Assembly: GCA_009103225.1 (NCBI GenBank)
Contig: RHPI01002990.1
Location: 171,034-235,033, forward strand
Direction: 5' to 3'
Source: Chlorokybus atmophyticus
Lineage: Eukaryota; Plantae; Mesostigma and Chlorokybus algae
DNA: 64,000 bases
Shown here one piece after another: positions 1-10,693 of this stretch. The translations under genes were made by a program, and so were the position numbers. The notes under the pieces are model-generated. The model was given only the letters and a program-made list of their open reading frames with translations, had not been told where the DNA came from and did no database searches. Within the stretch, counting starts at the first letter, position 1; every line of letters starts with the position of its first letter.

Positions 1-3000
1 CGCCGAACGAACAAAAACAGCAATGAGCATTGCTCACCTGCCCGGACAAGCCGTAACCGTCGCGGCAAACAGCACACAGATTGCCGTTGTAGCCTTGCGC
101 GCACTGATCATCAGGCTTCCAAGTGCGATTTGCAAGCTTCTCCTTCAAACTCTGCACGAGTCAATGGAGGCAGGCTGTGACACCACAAGCAATGCACCGA
201 CGAGCATGGCTCCAATCACTCACATCGTTACGTTTGGTATACGAGCACGCCTTTTCGTTGAGGCACTGCACAAATTGATCGACCAGCAAGGCAGACTGCC
301 AGTAGCCGTCATTTACCACAACCTGTGAGGAGAGAGCGCCACATCAATCATGCACATATGTACACAGTGCGCGCAAAATAACCATGCCACGAGTGCTGAG
401 CCTTGCCTGCGCGCCGCCATAGCAAGTAGCAGCATTGGACGGGCAGGCCGTACAATTCGTTGCATTTGGATTGAAGCTGGTACAGTACCCGCACAACGCG
501 GTGCCAATGTCAGTGCCAGGATCTCGGGGATACCATAACAACAATTTGCAATGCCATGAAGTGCCACGCAACATGCAGTGCCACATAATAATAAAGCCAG
601 CGCGCGCACACACACCTGTACGAGGGCTGTGTGCAGTCCTCGCACCGATCGCCTTCCGGATTGGTGTGCTCTCCCTGTAGGTACACAGTGAGGCAATGCA
701 CGGTGGCAGACATGACGAGATACAAAGTGGGAGAGGGCTGCAGCCAGAGTTGATGATGGGGAGACGTGAGGTTTGCATAATCACCGGTATGCAGGCTCGA
801 ATTTCAACGTGGATGCGTGTTGACAGCCCTTCAGGGGTGGATATGGCAACCTCGTTAATGCCAGGAATGGACTGCAGCGCCAGTGCAAACTTGGCAACAC
901 CGCCTTCCGAATGCAGGTCAGATTCGGCGACAGCAACAGCGCAGATATCAGAGAGCTACGTGACAAATGCAGTCATCCACAGCTGCTTTGTAGTTCACTC
1001 AGAAATACAGGCCTTCGCTTTCTCAAGGCGTGAGTCACTCACCTACATAACCATGCATTTGTGTGCTATGTGATCTAGTTTAGGCAATAACACGAAGATA
1101 CACAAAGGGATGACTCCTTCACACATGTCATTATCATGCAATGCTCGGTGCATGCTCACATGCAACTGACTGCTCTTATAGCAAAGCAAGCAGCAACCGT
1201 TTCATCCATTCAAGTGGACCCGTTGATGCAGTGCTGTTGGACTTGGGTCACCTGAGGCAACGGTAGCGGCTGGCGAAACAAAACGCGCGCCGCGCTGGGA
1301 TGAGTTCGACAACAGTGTGGCCTGCAGCGCGAGTGATGCATTCGGCCCACTGGAAACCACCTGGCCGAACTGGTCGTGCACACTCACTGTGAGGTTCGGT
1401 AGAGCAGAGACCGACACGACATCGCTGCAAGGCTTCAAGTGTCAGTCTGATGCCAAATGGTTCGTTGCATTTGCAGGCTGTGTGCGAGAACCTCCACCTG
1501 AAGTTAGTTTGAGAAGCTTGCAAGTAACGAGCTGAGGTAGCCATCACATTGCCGTACCCGCCGTCTGTGGCCTCATTTCCTTCCCACGCGTCGCAACCCT
1601 GTCGCACCACACCTCCAGTAAGTTGCAACTACCAAAGCAAAGTTAACGTCGTGGCATTGTTGTACGCTTTGTAACATCGCTTGCCTGGAGGCTGATTGTA
1701 TTGTTGCCATCAGGGCAGGTGATGTTGGGTAGGTCAGACGACCCACAGAACAGCGCCCCTCCACCTCCCCGTTCAGCTTTGTTGTCACGGAACATTACTG
1801 CCACAATATGCGGGCAAGGTCCAGCAGCCCCACAACCTGACGGTTTACAACAACAATAAACATGCTGCGAACGATGACGTGCTCATCATGCTTGTAATCA
1901 TGTCTGTGCGCTGGCGTACTTGTCGTTGCGCCACCGCCAGAAGCTGCGGTATTTCTTATGATATTTGAATTCGCAAAGGTGATGCGAGCAGCCGAGTCAC
2001 ATGCCGATGCGTCTATAGCGATACCGCCTCCCGATGCACTTGCATTGTTGTCGGTGAGGTTGACATTCTGCATACAGTAACAGATCGTGCATGCATTTTC
2101 TGTTGACTCCCTGCCTGCACATGCACATGCAGACTTACTTGCAAGAGGGTGGACATATTTCCGCACACTTCAGGGGGGATGATGGCGATGTCACCCCCCA
2201 CGTACACAGCACCTCCAATGTCGGCATGTGCGCCGCTGATCACAGAGTCCTGTAAAATGATTATGACTGACCTGTGAGTAAAGAGAATATCTATGTAGAG
2301 GAGGGCGGCTACTTACTGAAAGAGTGAGAATGCCGAGAAAGTTGCAGACTGACCCTCCTTCACCCTGCAGGAGATTGGGAAGCGTTAATATGGTTGTCGT
2401 CTTGAAAAGGACTTGAATGGCGTTACAACTGTTTAAATCACATTTGCAGAGCTGTTCTTGAAATCGCAATGGCTGATGGTAAGTGCGTTGCGTGAGGATG
2501 TGTGAACTGGTACACCGTCAATTAACTCCTGCACGCACACGCACACGCAGAGAGAGAGATCAGGCAGCCTGATGCTACGCACCATCATTCGTGCTAAATG
2601 AGAGCACTGAACTGGCCGCACTCACCAGCTCGCGCACGGCATCGTTACGAATATCTCCGCACGATCTCTGCCAGCAGTTAACCGTTTGATAGAGTGAAAC
2701 ATAGCACATAAGGCGTCATGCGTCACCCTGTGTCTCTCCTTTGTTTTTGGACAGACATCACCTTCGCATGGTTGCGCCTGAAAACACTGCTGGAGACGTT
2801 CATCACGCCAAAGTTGTGCACCGCCCCACCACTGATGTTCTGCAAGCCAAGGCAGCGAATGAGTTCATGCAGCACCGGTTCAAGTTAGATATCGGCCGTG
2901 GCGTAATCAAGAATGCAAGAATGCACTTGATGGCACAAGGGAGCCCACTCACCGCAGCGTTGTCACTGAACTTGACATCATGAAGGCATGCTGAAGCATT

Positions 3001-5970
3001 GTTGTGAATTGCGCCTCCGCCCCGCTGCACGTGCAATGCAGACATCAGTTCCAAGTTTCAGCTTAATGTGTCAAACACCAACACATGTGCTTCCAGCTTA
3101 TACCTGTGCGAAGTTGTGCTTGAACGTGCTATGCGTGATGTTCATCTGTGTCTGCGTTAGTACGCCCCCTCCTGCATCCCTGTCTGCATGGTTGCCAATA
3201 AACTTGCAGCCTGCAGATACTGGTTCATCAGTCACACATGAATGCAACATGCCTGCCTGCATGCTGTTCTGTCTGCGCACCATCAAAAATGGTAATCCCA
3301 GACCCGTCGCTACCGTAGTAAGCGCCACCAGATACCTGCCAGCCACAGCAATCACCATTGCACAACCTCGCACTAGAATCGCAGCCTGTTGTCATGTTGG
3401 ACACACAGTCAACAACAGCATAGAAAAGTGCTTACTGCGGCTGTGTTGTTGATGAAGGAGCAATTGGTAAAAGTCGCAGACGAGCTACCCCTGTCACTGT
3501 ACACCGCGCCACCTACCTGTGTGTATATGTGTGTTAGTGTCAGCGCGCGTGTGCGCATGAATGTTGGTGTGCAAGTGTGCAGGCGCAAACAGCTGTGCGT
3601 GCACGCATAGTTGTACTTGCGAGCCTACGTTTGTGCGTGTGCACATAGGACGCATAGAGAGAACGGGCGCGCGCGCGCGNNNNNNNNNNNNNNNNNNNNN
3701 NNNNNNNNNNNNNNNNNNNNNNNNNNNNNNNNNNNNNNNNNNNNNNNNNNNNNNNNNNNNNNNNNNNNNNNNNNNNNNNNNNNNNNNNNNNNNNNNNNNN
3801 NNNNNNNNNNNNNNNNNNNNNNNNNNNNNNNNNNNNNNNNNNNNNNNNNNNNNNNNNNNNNNNNNNNNNNNNNNNNNNNNNNNNNNNNNNNNNNNNNNNN
3901 NNNNNNNNNNNNNNNNNNNNNNNNNNNNNNNGCTTCCCCGCCATTGCTGATGCTATGACAACATGTGCATATCTTACCACGGCTGTGTTATTTGAAAACT
4001 GCGAGTTGATGGCACTTAAATTGCCCCCAACATAGTTTATCACAGCGCCACCCCAGCCACCCGAGCCACTTGCAGCCGCAGCAAAGCAATCGCTGTCGCT
4101 CGTACAGCTACCCTGATGATAATCAAAAGTCAAATGAAAGCCCGCAAACCTATGATATTGCACAAATGCTTGTTTTACTGACCCTCGCTTGCGAGCCTGT
4201 TATGGAAGAGCTGTCAATCAGCATAATTCCTGTATTGTAGAACGCCCCGCCAGACAAACTAGCAGACGTTGCGACAATATTGCTGCGCCGAACTGTCACA
4301 TTGCCTCCTTCATTGAAGCCAACACCACCCTGATCCTGGCGGTATTCAAACACCAACGGACAGCATCAGTGTGCACATGCCACATATGTAATCAACACTC
4401 CGTTTCTCATTGGGTGTGAAGATGTGCACTCATAAGCGCCCCACTCTTCACATCCTCACCGCATCATTGTCGATGAAGTTCGAGTCCTCAATCACAAGCA
4501 CCGTATCCAAAAAGGAGTAAAACACTGCACCTCTGGTTGCCGCAGAACACTGTGAAAAATTGGTACGACGAATTTCCACAGTCATGCCACTGATGCCCAG
4601 GCAGCCTCCGAGCTGCATGACATGCGCACAGATGGTGTCAGCGACTGAACCCAGTCGCAACAGCAACGTGTTGAACACGCGGCTCACCAGTCCAAAGACT
4701 AGCAGTGGCTTCCCCAGAAAATTGCAATCATGGATGCGCACGATTGGGGCGTTACCACCCCTGCGCTTCCCGTACATGCTGATGATGCCGCCATTGAAAT
4801 TTTTGTCATACTCGCCTCCGGCGTAGTTGCCTGCAAAACTGCTGCGCTTGATGTCTGCTGAGCCATTGTAAACAGAGATCGCCGATCCAGTCTGTGCACG
4901 CACACGCGCAGTTGCAAACGCGCACAGAGGAAAGGGCCATTATTATGGTCAAGATGATGATAATCAGGACGTGCACATAGGCTGATTATGCGGGGCCTTA
5001 CCTTTATGGCATGGTTGTTGCGAAAGGATGATGCATCGACATGCAGATGGCCATGCTTACTATATATTGCTGACCCGCCTGCTCCCGCGTTATTGACGAA
5101 CTTGCAATGCGTTATGATTGTTGAACCAAAGGTGCTGATGGCACCTGCGTATTCATCGCTCTGCAAATGCAGAGACGTGACGTGAGCAAGCTGCATTCAA
5201 GTACTCAATACCTGCGTGCTGCTTACACTTGTACCTTGACGGAGTTGCTGTTGAACTCACAATGGCTCAATGACGCATTGCCCTGTGTGTACACCGCAGC
5301 GGCGCCTTTTGGCTGCAGTCATTATACAGTTCAGTCGGTTGAGTCAGCCTGCTCTCAGCATTACCAGCATAATGATGACTGCCGGCTCACCCCGCGGAAT
5401 CTGTTGGCGCTGAACGCGCACCGTTCGACTACGAGCTCGCCCGTGTTGACCACCACGGCCTCATTCTGCATATGACAAGGTTGACGGAGACAGCTTGCTT
5501 GTGGTGGCGAACGACACCGTGTCGTTGGCCACCACAAGCAAGTGGTTTGTTACCTGTAAGGTGTGGAAGCGGGTGAACTCCAGGTCCAGCAGGGAAAGGG
5601 TGGCGCTCTTGGGCACGGTGAAGAGGGCGCCCTTGAAGTTAGCGGCGGCGGCTATGCTGCACCTACACCTGCTGGAGCTGTCCGCCCTGACCGTGAGCCT
5701 GGCATTGGCAGCGATGGCAAGTGTAGCGTCGGCGGTGATGTTGCCAGCGATCAGCACATGCACTTCGCTTGCACCCTGTGTGCGCACAGCTTTGGCGAGG
5801 TCTGCAAAGGACGTTGCGCGCACAGGCTGTGGCTCTCGCTCGGCGGCGGCGGCGGCGGGGCGGGCCAGCAGCAGCAGCAGCGAGGCTAGCGCTGCGAGCA
5901 GCAGGAGTGTGCATTGCAGCCGACCCGGACTCCAAAACCGTGTGCTGCATGCGGCTGACACTTCTCCCAT
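1..5970 (-). CDS. Pmp-repeat (right-handed beta-helix) surface protein with Cys-rich module, paralog A; multi-exon, 3' end runs off the window, interrupted by an N gap
   Basis: Signal-peptide-like LLLLAALASLLLLLARPAAAA. Many exons carry GGAI/GGAF/GSAI and FxxN motifs (FVNNAGAGGSAIYS, SLSGGAFYNTG, FSDNAAVSG, NIIRNTAASGGG, LTDNNASASGGGIAI). Distal exons NCTACPSNAATCYGGAQ|VVVNDGYWQS...CLNEKAC...QCAQGYNGNLCAVCRDGYG align with paralog B. GT(GC)-AG introns throughout. Start could alternatively be 5994. Confidence 0.8.
3680..3931. other. Assembly gap (N run) inside paralog A
   Basis: Run of n flanked on the left by (GC)n. Confidence 1.
5494..5542. repeat. 24-bp-arm inverted repeat (1 mismatch, 1-nt centre) in intron 1 of paralog A
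   Basis: cttgcttgtggtggcgaacgacac-c-gtgtcgttggccaccacaagcaag. Confidence 0.95.
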
Positions 5971-6119
5971 GCTGCTCTGCCCCTGGCTATGCATGCATGT
6001 ACAGAGTACATCCGCCCGCCCGCCCGGCCTGCCTTGCCGCCGCCGCAGCAGCGGCGCCGGGCCAGCGGCACACTGTGAGCAGTCCTTAGCAAGCTTACAG
6101 ATATGAAGGATTCTTTACC

Positions 6120-6120
<1 letters not shown>

Positions 6121-6202
<82 letters not shown>
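6121..6202. repeat. (AC)n microsatellite
   Basis: About 41 uninterrupted AC units. Confidence 0.98.
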
Positions 6203-6204
<2 letters not shown>

Positions 6205-6780
6205 GCACACGCGCATTCGTGTGATGACAGAGGGGGCTTAATAAGCACTGCGCTCTGGTATGGCATACCACAGCACTTCCCATTATTTTTGAGTGCAGTT
6301 TGTGCGTGTGCATGCACACATGACCTATGCCATATTTTAAACTAGATTACCCACGTATACAATCTTGCTCATCTCGAGAATCACGTTCAACATACAGCAA
6401 TTCCATCCACTGACGGCGTTAACGGTATATCCTCCTTCAATTTTGTATCCTTTGTGGAGGGACTATGCCCCCTACCCCAGCTTACTTCAAGAAGCTCCAT
6501 TATACGTGAGGGTTTGTGTCAATTGTCACAATTATGTTAGACAGCATAACAATAGTTTGCGTTCACACCCGGTGCGACCCAGACCTTGAAGTCACTTTGA
6601 AAGCTTTCGCACATCTTATTTCAAAAAGTCCTTGCTTTTTGCATAAGTCATGTACATAATACGCTTGAACATGACATTTATCAATGTTCGGCACTAATAT
6701 GGATAAGAACTCGTGGTAGACAAATGTAAGCTAATTAGGATCGCTGTATACCAGCATTAATGATTCATGCACAACGCGTA

Positions 6781-6783
<3 letters not shown>

Positions 6784-6819
<36 letters not shown>
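6784..6819. repeat. (TG)n microsatellite
   Basis: About 18 TG units. Confidence 0.95.
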
Positions 6820-6820
<1 letters not shown>

Positions 6821-6960
6821 AGGTAACTTGGCCATTGCGCGTGCACCTCGCTCTCTCTCTCTCCGAGAGGCATATGTGCGGATAGTTTGTTGTGCGTGCA
6901 TTTACTGCCTGTATGTGCTGTCTGACTGTGCATCTGTCTCTAACGTGTCACACGATCAGG

Positions 6961-7692
6961 GGGGACACTTTTTGGAAATGGCTTGGGCGATAACTTTGCA
7001 GCAATCAAGACCGTTTGAACACGATGCACCGTGAGCTCTTTGCTCAGCTTGATTGGTTGTACTTCGGAGTGCAGTTGAACGATCCACTATAGAGAGAGTT
7101 GATTGCAGCGAGGCCTGCAGCTGCAGAGTGCAAGAAAGCAGAGGCTTAAGTCACAGGCGCCAAAAAAGCCAAAAAGCCCAAATATGGCAAGGTCAAAGGC
7201 TTAGGGCAGTCTATAGATGTAGAGCTGCTTGAGAACATGGATCTGCCTTGCATCATTTGCGACGACTTCAAGAAACTTACCGGTACTAAAGTGACTTACT
7301 CAATTGCTGACATCAAAGGAGCAGTTGGTATCTCGCAGCAAGTCACGTTGCTAGAATTCTATTATGTTGTTATTGTTGCTAGAATTCTATTATGTGCGCA
7401 TGCCTCCCACTCAACGTGCTTTAGTTTATGAAGTTACAGTAGCTGCGCATGCGTCCACTCAACGTGCTTAAGCTAATGCATGCAGGATATCTTGGTGTTT
7501 AATGTATGCGATCAACGCAACACATTGAGTTGATGTGATGGTGTCACATCAACACGCATGATTGTCTTTACCAGCATCTACACTGCATGAAATGATGTGC
7601 GGTTTGTTGACGTTTCGATTGGCGTTCTTCCATTTGACCATGGACCGGACGCGTTTGCAATTAGCGCAAATGATCTGATCATCTTGAGTTAA
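6961..7692 (+). pseudogene. Decayed two-exon coding fragment of unknown family
   Basis: One frame reads MHRELFAQLDWLYFGVQLNDPL*RELIAARPAAAECKKAEA*VTGAKKAKKPKYGKVKG...DLPCIICDDFKKL...GISQQ, then a GT-AG intron (7342-7485), then DILVFNVCDQRNTLS*CDGV...YTA*NDVRFVDVSIGVLPFDHGPDAFAISANDLIILS*. Four in-frame stops at 7090, 7147, 7531, 7588 (plus one at 6991). Confidence 0.4.
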
Positions 7693-7930
7693 GAAGGGCC
7701 GAAATAGACTTAACATTACGCCTGCAAGCACTTGTGTGCGTGTGCGTGTGCGTGCATGTGCATGAGCGTGTGGGTGGGACAGGTTGAGTCCCCTGTCTCT
7801 CGCGTGGATATCTACCGGGCAAGCGGTTTGACACTTGCGTGCGATGCGTCAACGAGCGGCAACGCTTCTTCCGCAGTCAGCTCATGCCATCAGCATATAC
7901 ATGTATGTGTGCATGACCGCATCAGTACAT

Positions 7931-7994
7931 GTGCTTGTGAAGGTGCTTGTGAAGGTGACGGCGTGCTTGTGAAGGTGCTTCCGAAGGTGACGGC
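7931..7994. repeat. 32-bp direct tandem duplication built from a 12-bp subunit
   Basis: gtgcttgtgaaggtgcttgtgaaggtgacggc / gtgcttgtgaaggtgcttccgaaggtgacggc. Confidence 0.9.
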
Positions 7995-8224
7995 GCATGT
8001 GTGTATATGCATAGGGTATACATCATGCATGCACATATGTATATAAGGGGTATGGTACGGTGGCAGCATGTGTGCGTATGCGTGCAGTCAGGTGCAAATC
8101 TGTGTCTATGCATACGTGCACATCTACGTGGTGATAAAAGAGGCTGCGGGACTCGTCTCTTCGTCTCAGAGCGTGCATTACCAATGCCAAGATCAGGTCA
8201 TTGGCGGTCTGTTTGATGATATGC

Positions 8225-9886
8225 TTAGGAGCTTGAGTTTAACTCTGATTTGATAGCGGCGTCTACAGCGCTGCGTATGGATGTGAAGGCTGTCCTCACA
8301 GCACGATTGCACCCACCAACTACAAGGCGCAATGCAGGTAGACGTCATTATAATCATCATTGGGCCTGCATACAGCTGAGGGGGTCGCGCACCGCTGCTG
8401 CATGTGCTCATTCGACAAACGATACCGTATCATGTGACAGGCTGTCGCGATGTTGGTACTATATAACTTAAAAGGCAACTTAGCCTGCGCAAGCAAAAAG
8501 AGAAGAGTGTTGCGTAAGTCAATTGAGCATGCAAGCAGCTGGTCGCCAGCATTAATGTGCCTTGCCAGGGTGCAAGGCTTGTGAGAGCCATGTGATGCAT
8601 TAACTGCATACGTCAAGCGCACAAAGCGGCAACACCGAAGTGCAAGGCAAAAGCATGCGTACTCCTCTGCAACTTGAAGGGTATGTGTTCGTGCCTGCGC
8701 GCGCATGTGCGTCAATGTGTGTGCCAGCAGAAGCTCATGCATGAATGCTTGCATGCGAAGTGTGCGTGCATGCACATATACACAGAGGCTGCACATTATG
8801 GTGGCAAAGCTGTGCCACAGCGTGCGTAAATGCTGCAGGGCGCATAGCCTTTTTCTTCATCCAACTGCGCAACAACATTATTGAAAACTCTTAGTAGACC
8901 CAAATGCCAAAGCAATCGCACATCCTGTCCAGAGTCAGAACATTTGCAATGGTATCCAAATGCTATGATGTATACCTACAGGACTATTGCCGTGGATTGA
9001 TCGCAGATGTTGTCGACTGTCAAAGCATATTGCACAAAGAACAACAACGGGACAACACGAGACACACCCGAGGCAATGCAGTGTAGACATGAAGCACGGA
9101 GCAAACACCATCTGGCAAGAAGCAACAGACAAACTCCGTATGCTGGTTTAGAGACAGTTCAGCTGTAAAGCCACATGATGCAAAGACAGCTCCAACAACA
9201 CTTTGAAGGACCAACAGGGTGGGGAATAAATCAACAATGTGGGAGAGCACACAATGCTAGGCGCGTCGCACTGTGTATGTTGCCTGCTCATCATCATTCA
9301 GCTTGTCCTTGAGCTGATTGAGGTCGAACAAAGCCTGACCGCAGTGCTTCAGAGCCTGACTACCCTGTGGTTCCTTGTCCTTAGCGATGATGCCAATCTG
9401 TGATGCAGACCACAGTCAGGTCCCCTTATCAAAATCTGTACCGTGGGAGAACGACTAGACGACTGATACTTGCTTACCGCCTGAAGATGCGTTATCATGC
9501 TGCTGTGGTAATTTAACAGGGCAGTGCGGCCATGGATGAGCTGTTTAAAGTCAACGCCGTCCAGAAACTTCCCGGTCGACGTGCACTGCGCGGTGACTCC
9601 CATCCAATCGTTCGTCTCAATTCTTTTGCCCACGTTAGTGATGGCGGTCTAAACACATGACGCCATCTAAGTGACTGCTGCCAGAGAATGGAATGTGCAA
9701 TATTAAAGAAAGAAGACTTACCTTAGCCATCTCCAGGCACGTGGCTTTATCAGGGGAGGAGGCAGCAGTGACGGCGTCGGCGAGCAGGCCGGGGGATGTC
9801 AAGTCCTTGTCCTGCTCTTGCGGGGCCACGCTACTCGACAGTGAGCTCGGAGCACCTGCAGCCACGGAATTGTTTGTGGACGCCAT
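8225..9886 (-). CDS. Multi-exon hypothetical protein (unrecognised family); later exons and end approximate
   Basis: Phase-consistent exons MASTNNSV...CLEMAK|GTAAGT, TAITNVGKRIETNDWMGVTAQCTSTGKFLDGVDFKQLIHGRTALLNYHSSMITHLQA|GTAAGC, IGIIAKDKEPQGSQALKHCGQALFDLNQLKDKLNDDEQATYT|GTGCGA, HTEFVCCFLPDGVCSVLHVYTALPR, AKLPFKLYSTNIATACHMIR. Confidence 0.55.
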
Positions 9887-10693
9887 TGCTCCTGCTGCTG
9901 CGACTAACACCAACCCCACTGCCGCTTACACCGCCTCCGCTAGCCTTTGCATGCTCAGTCCTGCTCTGCACACTGAACCCGCGTGACGATATGCTCGTTG
10001 TAAACTGGTCTTAGCCAAACGCCTGCGTTTCCACCGGCAAGGGCTGCTACCTAGCGCCAGACCGCTTGCCGGTTCAAACAATGGTGTTGCCTAAAGACCT
10101 AACGCGAGTGGGCGTTCTCTGCGAGTTATGTCTCAGCACCTGCCAAGGCTTGGCAAGGCAAACCGCGTCGCTCTTATTATTGATCTTATTCATAACCCTC
10201 GCGAGGGCACCGTAATAAGTTTTGACACTTATTATCATAGTGCGGTATATCTGGGCTAAACCACCAGATCTGGTCCAAACTTGTGTAGTACATCTGCGGT
10301 TCACCGCGGCAGTAGAGACAAAACAAGTTCAATACGCGCAATCACTGCTGCTGGCCGTCAGATTGATCTCAGGTACGAGAGGCAGATACCCTATAATATA
10401 TATGTTCCTTTCAGGCCGGAAGTTCCAAGGCCGTCTACCTGGTATACGAAGCGGAAGTGAGAGACCTCAGGTGGCCCGCTGCCAGCACTGCTCTGAGAGC
10501 AGGCTCTCCCCCTGCCATCAGTGGGCCACTGATGGCTGAAGATGTCGCTGTCTGCGATATTCCAACCATCAGATGGTCGGAAATGCACCTAACCAGTTCA
10601 CAGTTCTCGTTGACGACGTCGCTTGGCCGCACCACGGGTTCCGGAGGACGGGCCAAACAAGCAAAGCAGCAGCCGCCGACGTGACGGGCATGC

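Noticed and set aside
3540-4163. Long ORFs spanning N runs (also 18186-18897)
   Set aside because: Length is an artefact of untranslatable gaps
5886-6345. ORFs with CVCVCV/HTHTHT runs (also near 23990, 29340, 49910)
   Set aside because: Dinucleotide microsatellite translations in introns or intergenic DNA
7486-7692. Selenocysteine read-through of two in-frame TGA codons
   Set aside because: The same frame also has TAG and TAA stops, and no SECIS or redox motif was recognised; decay is simpler
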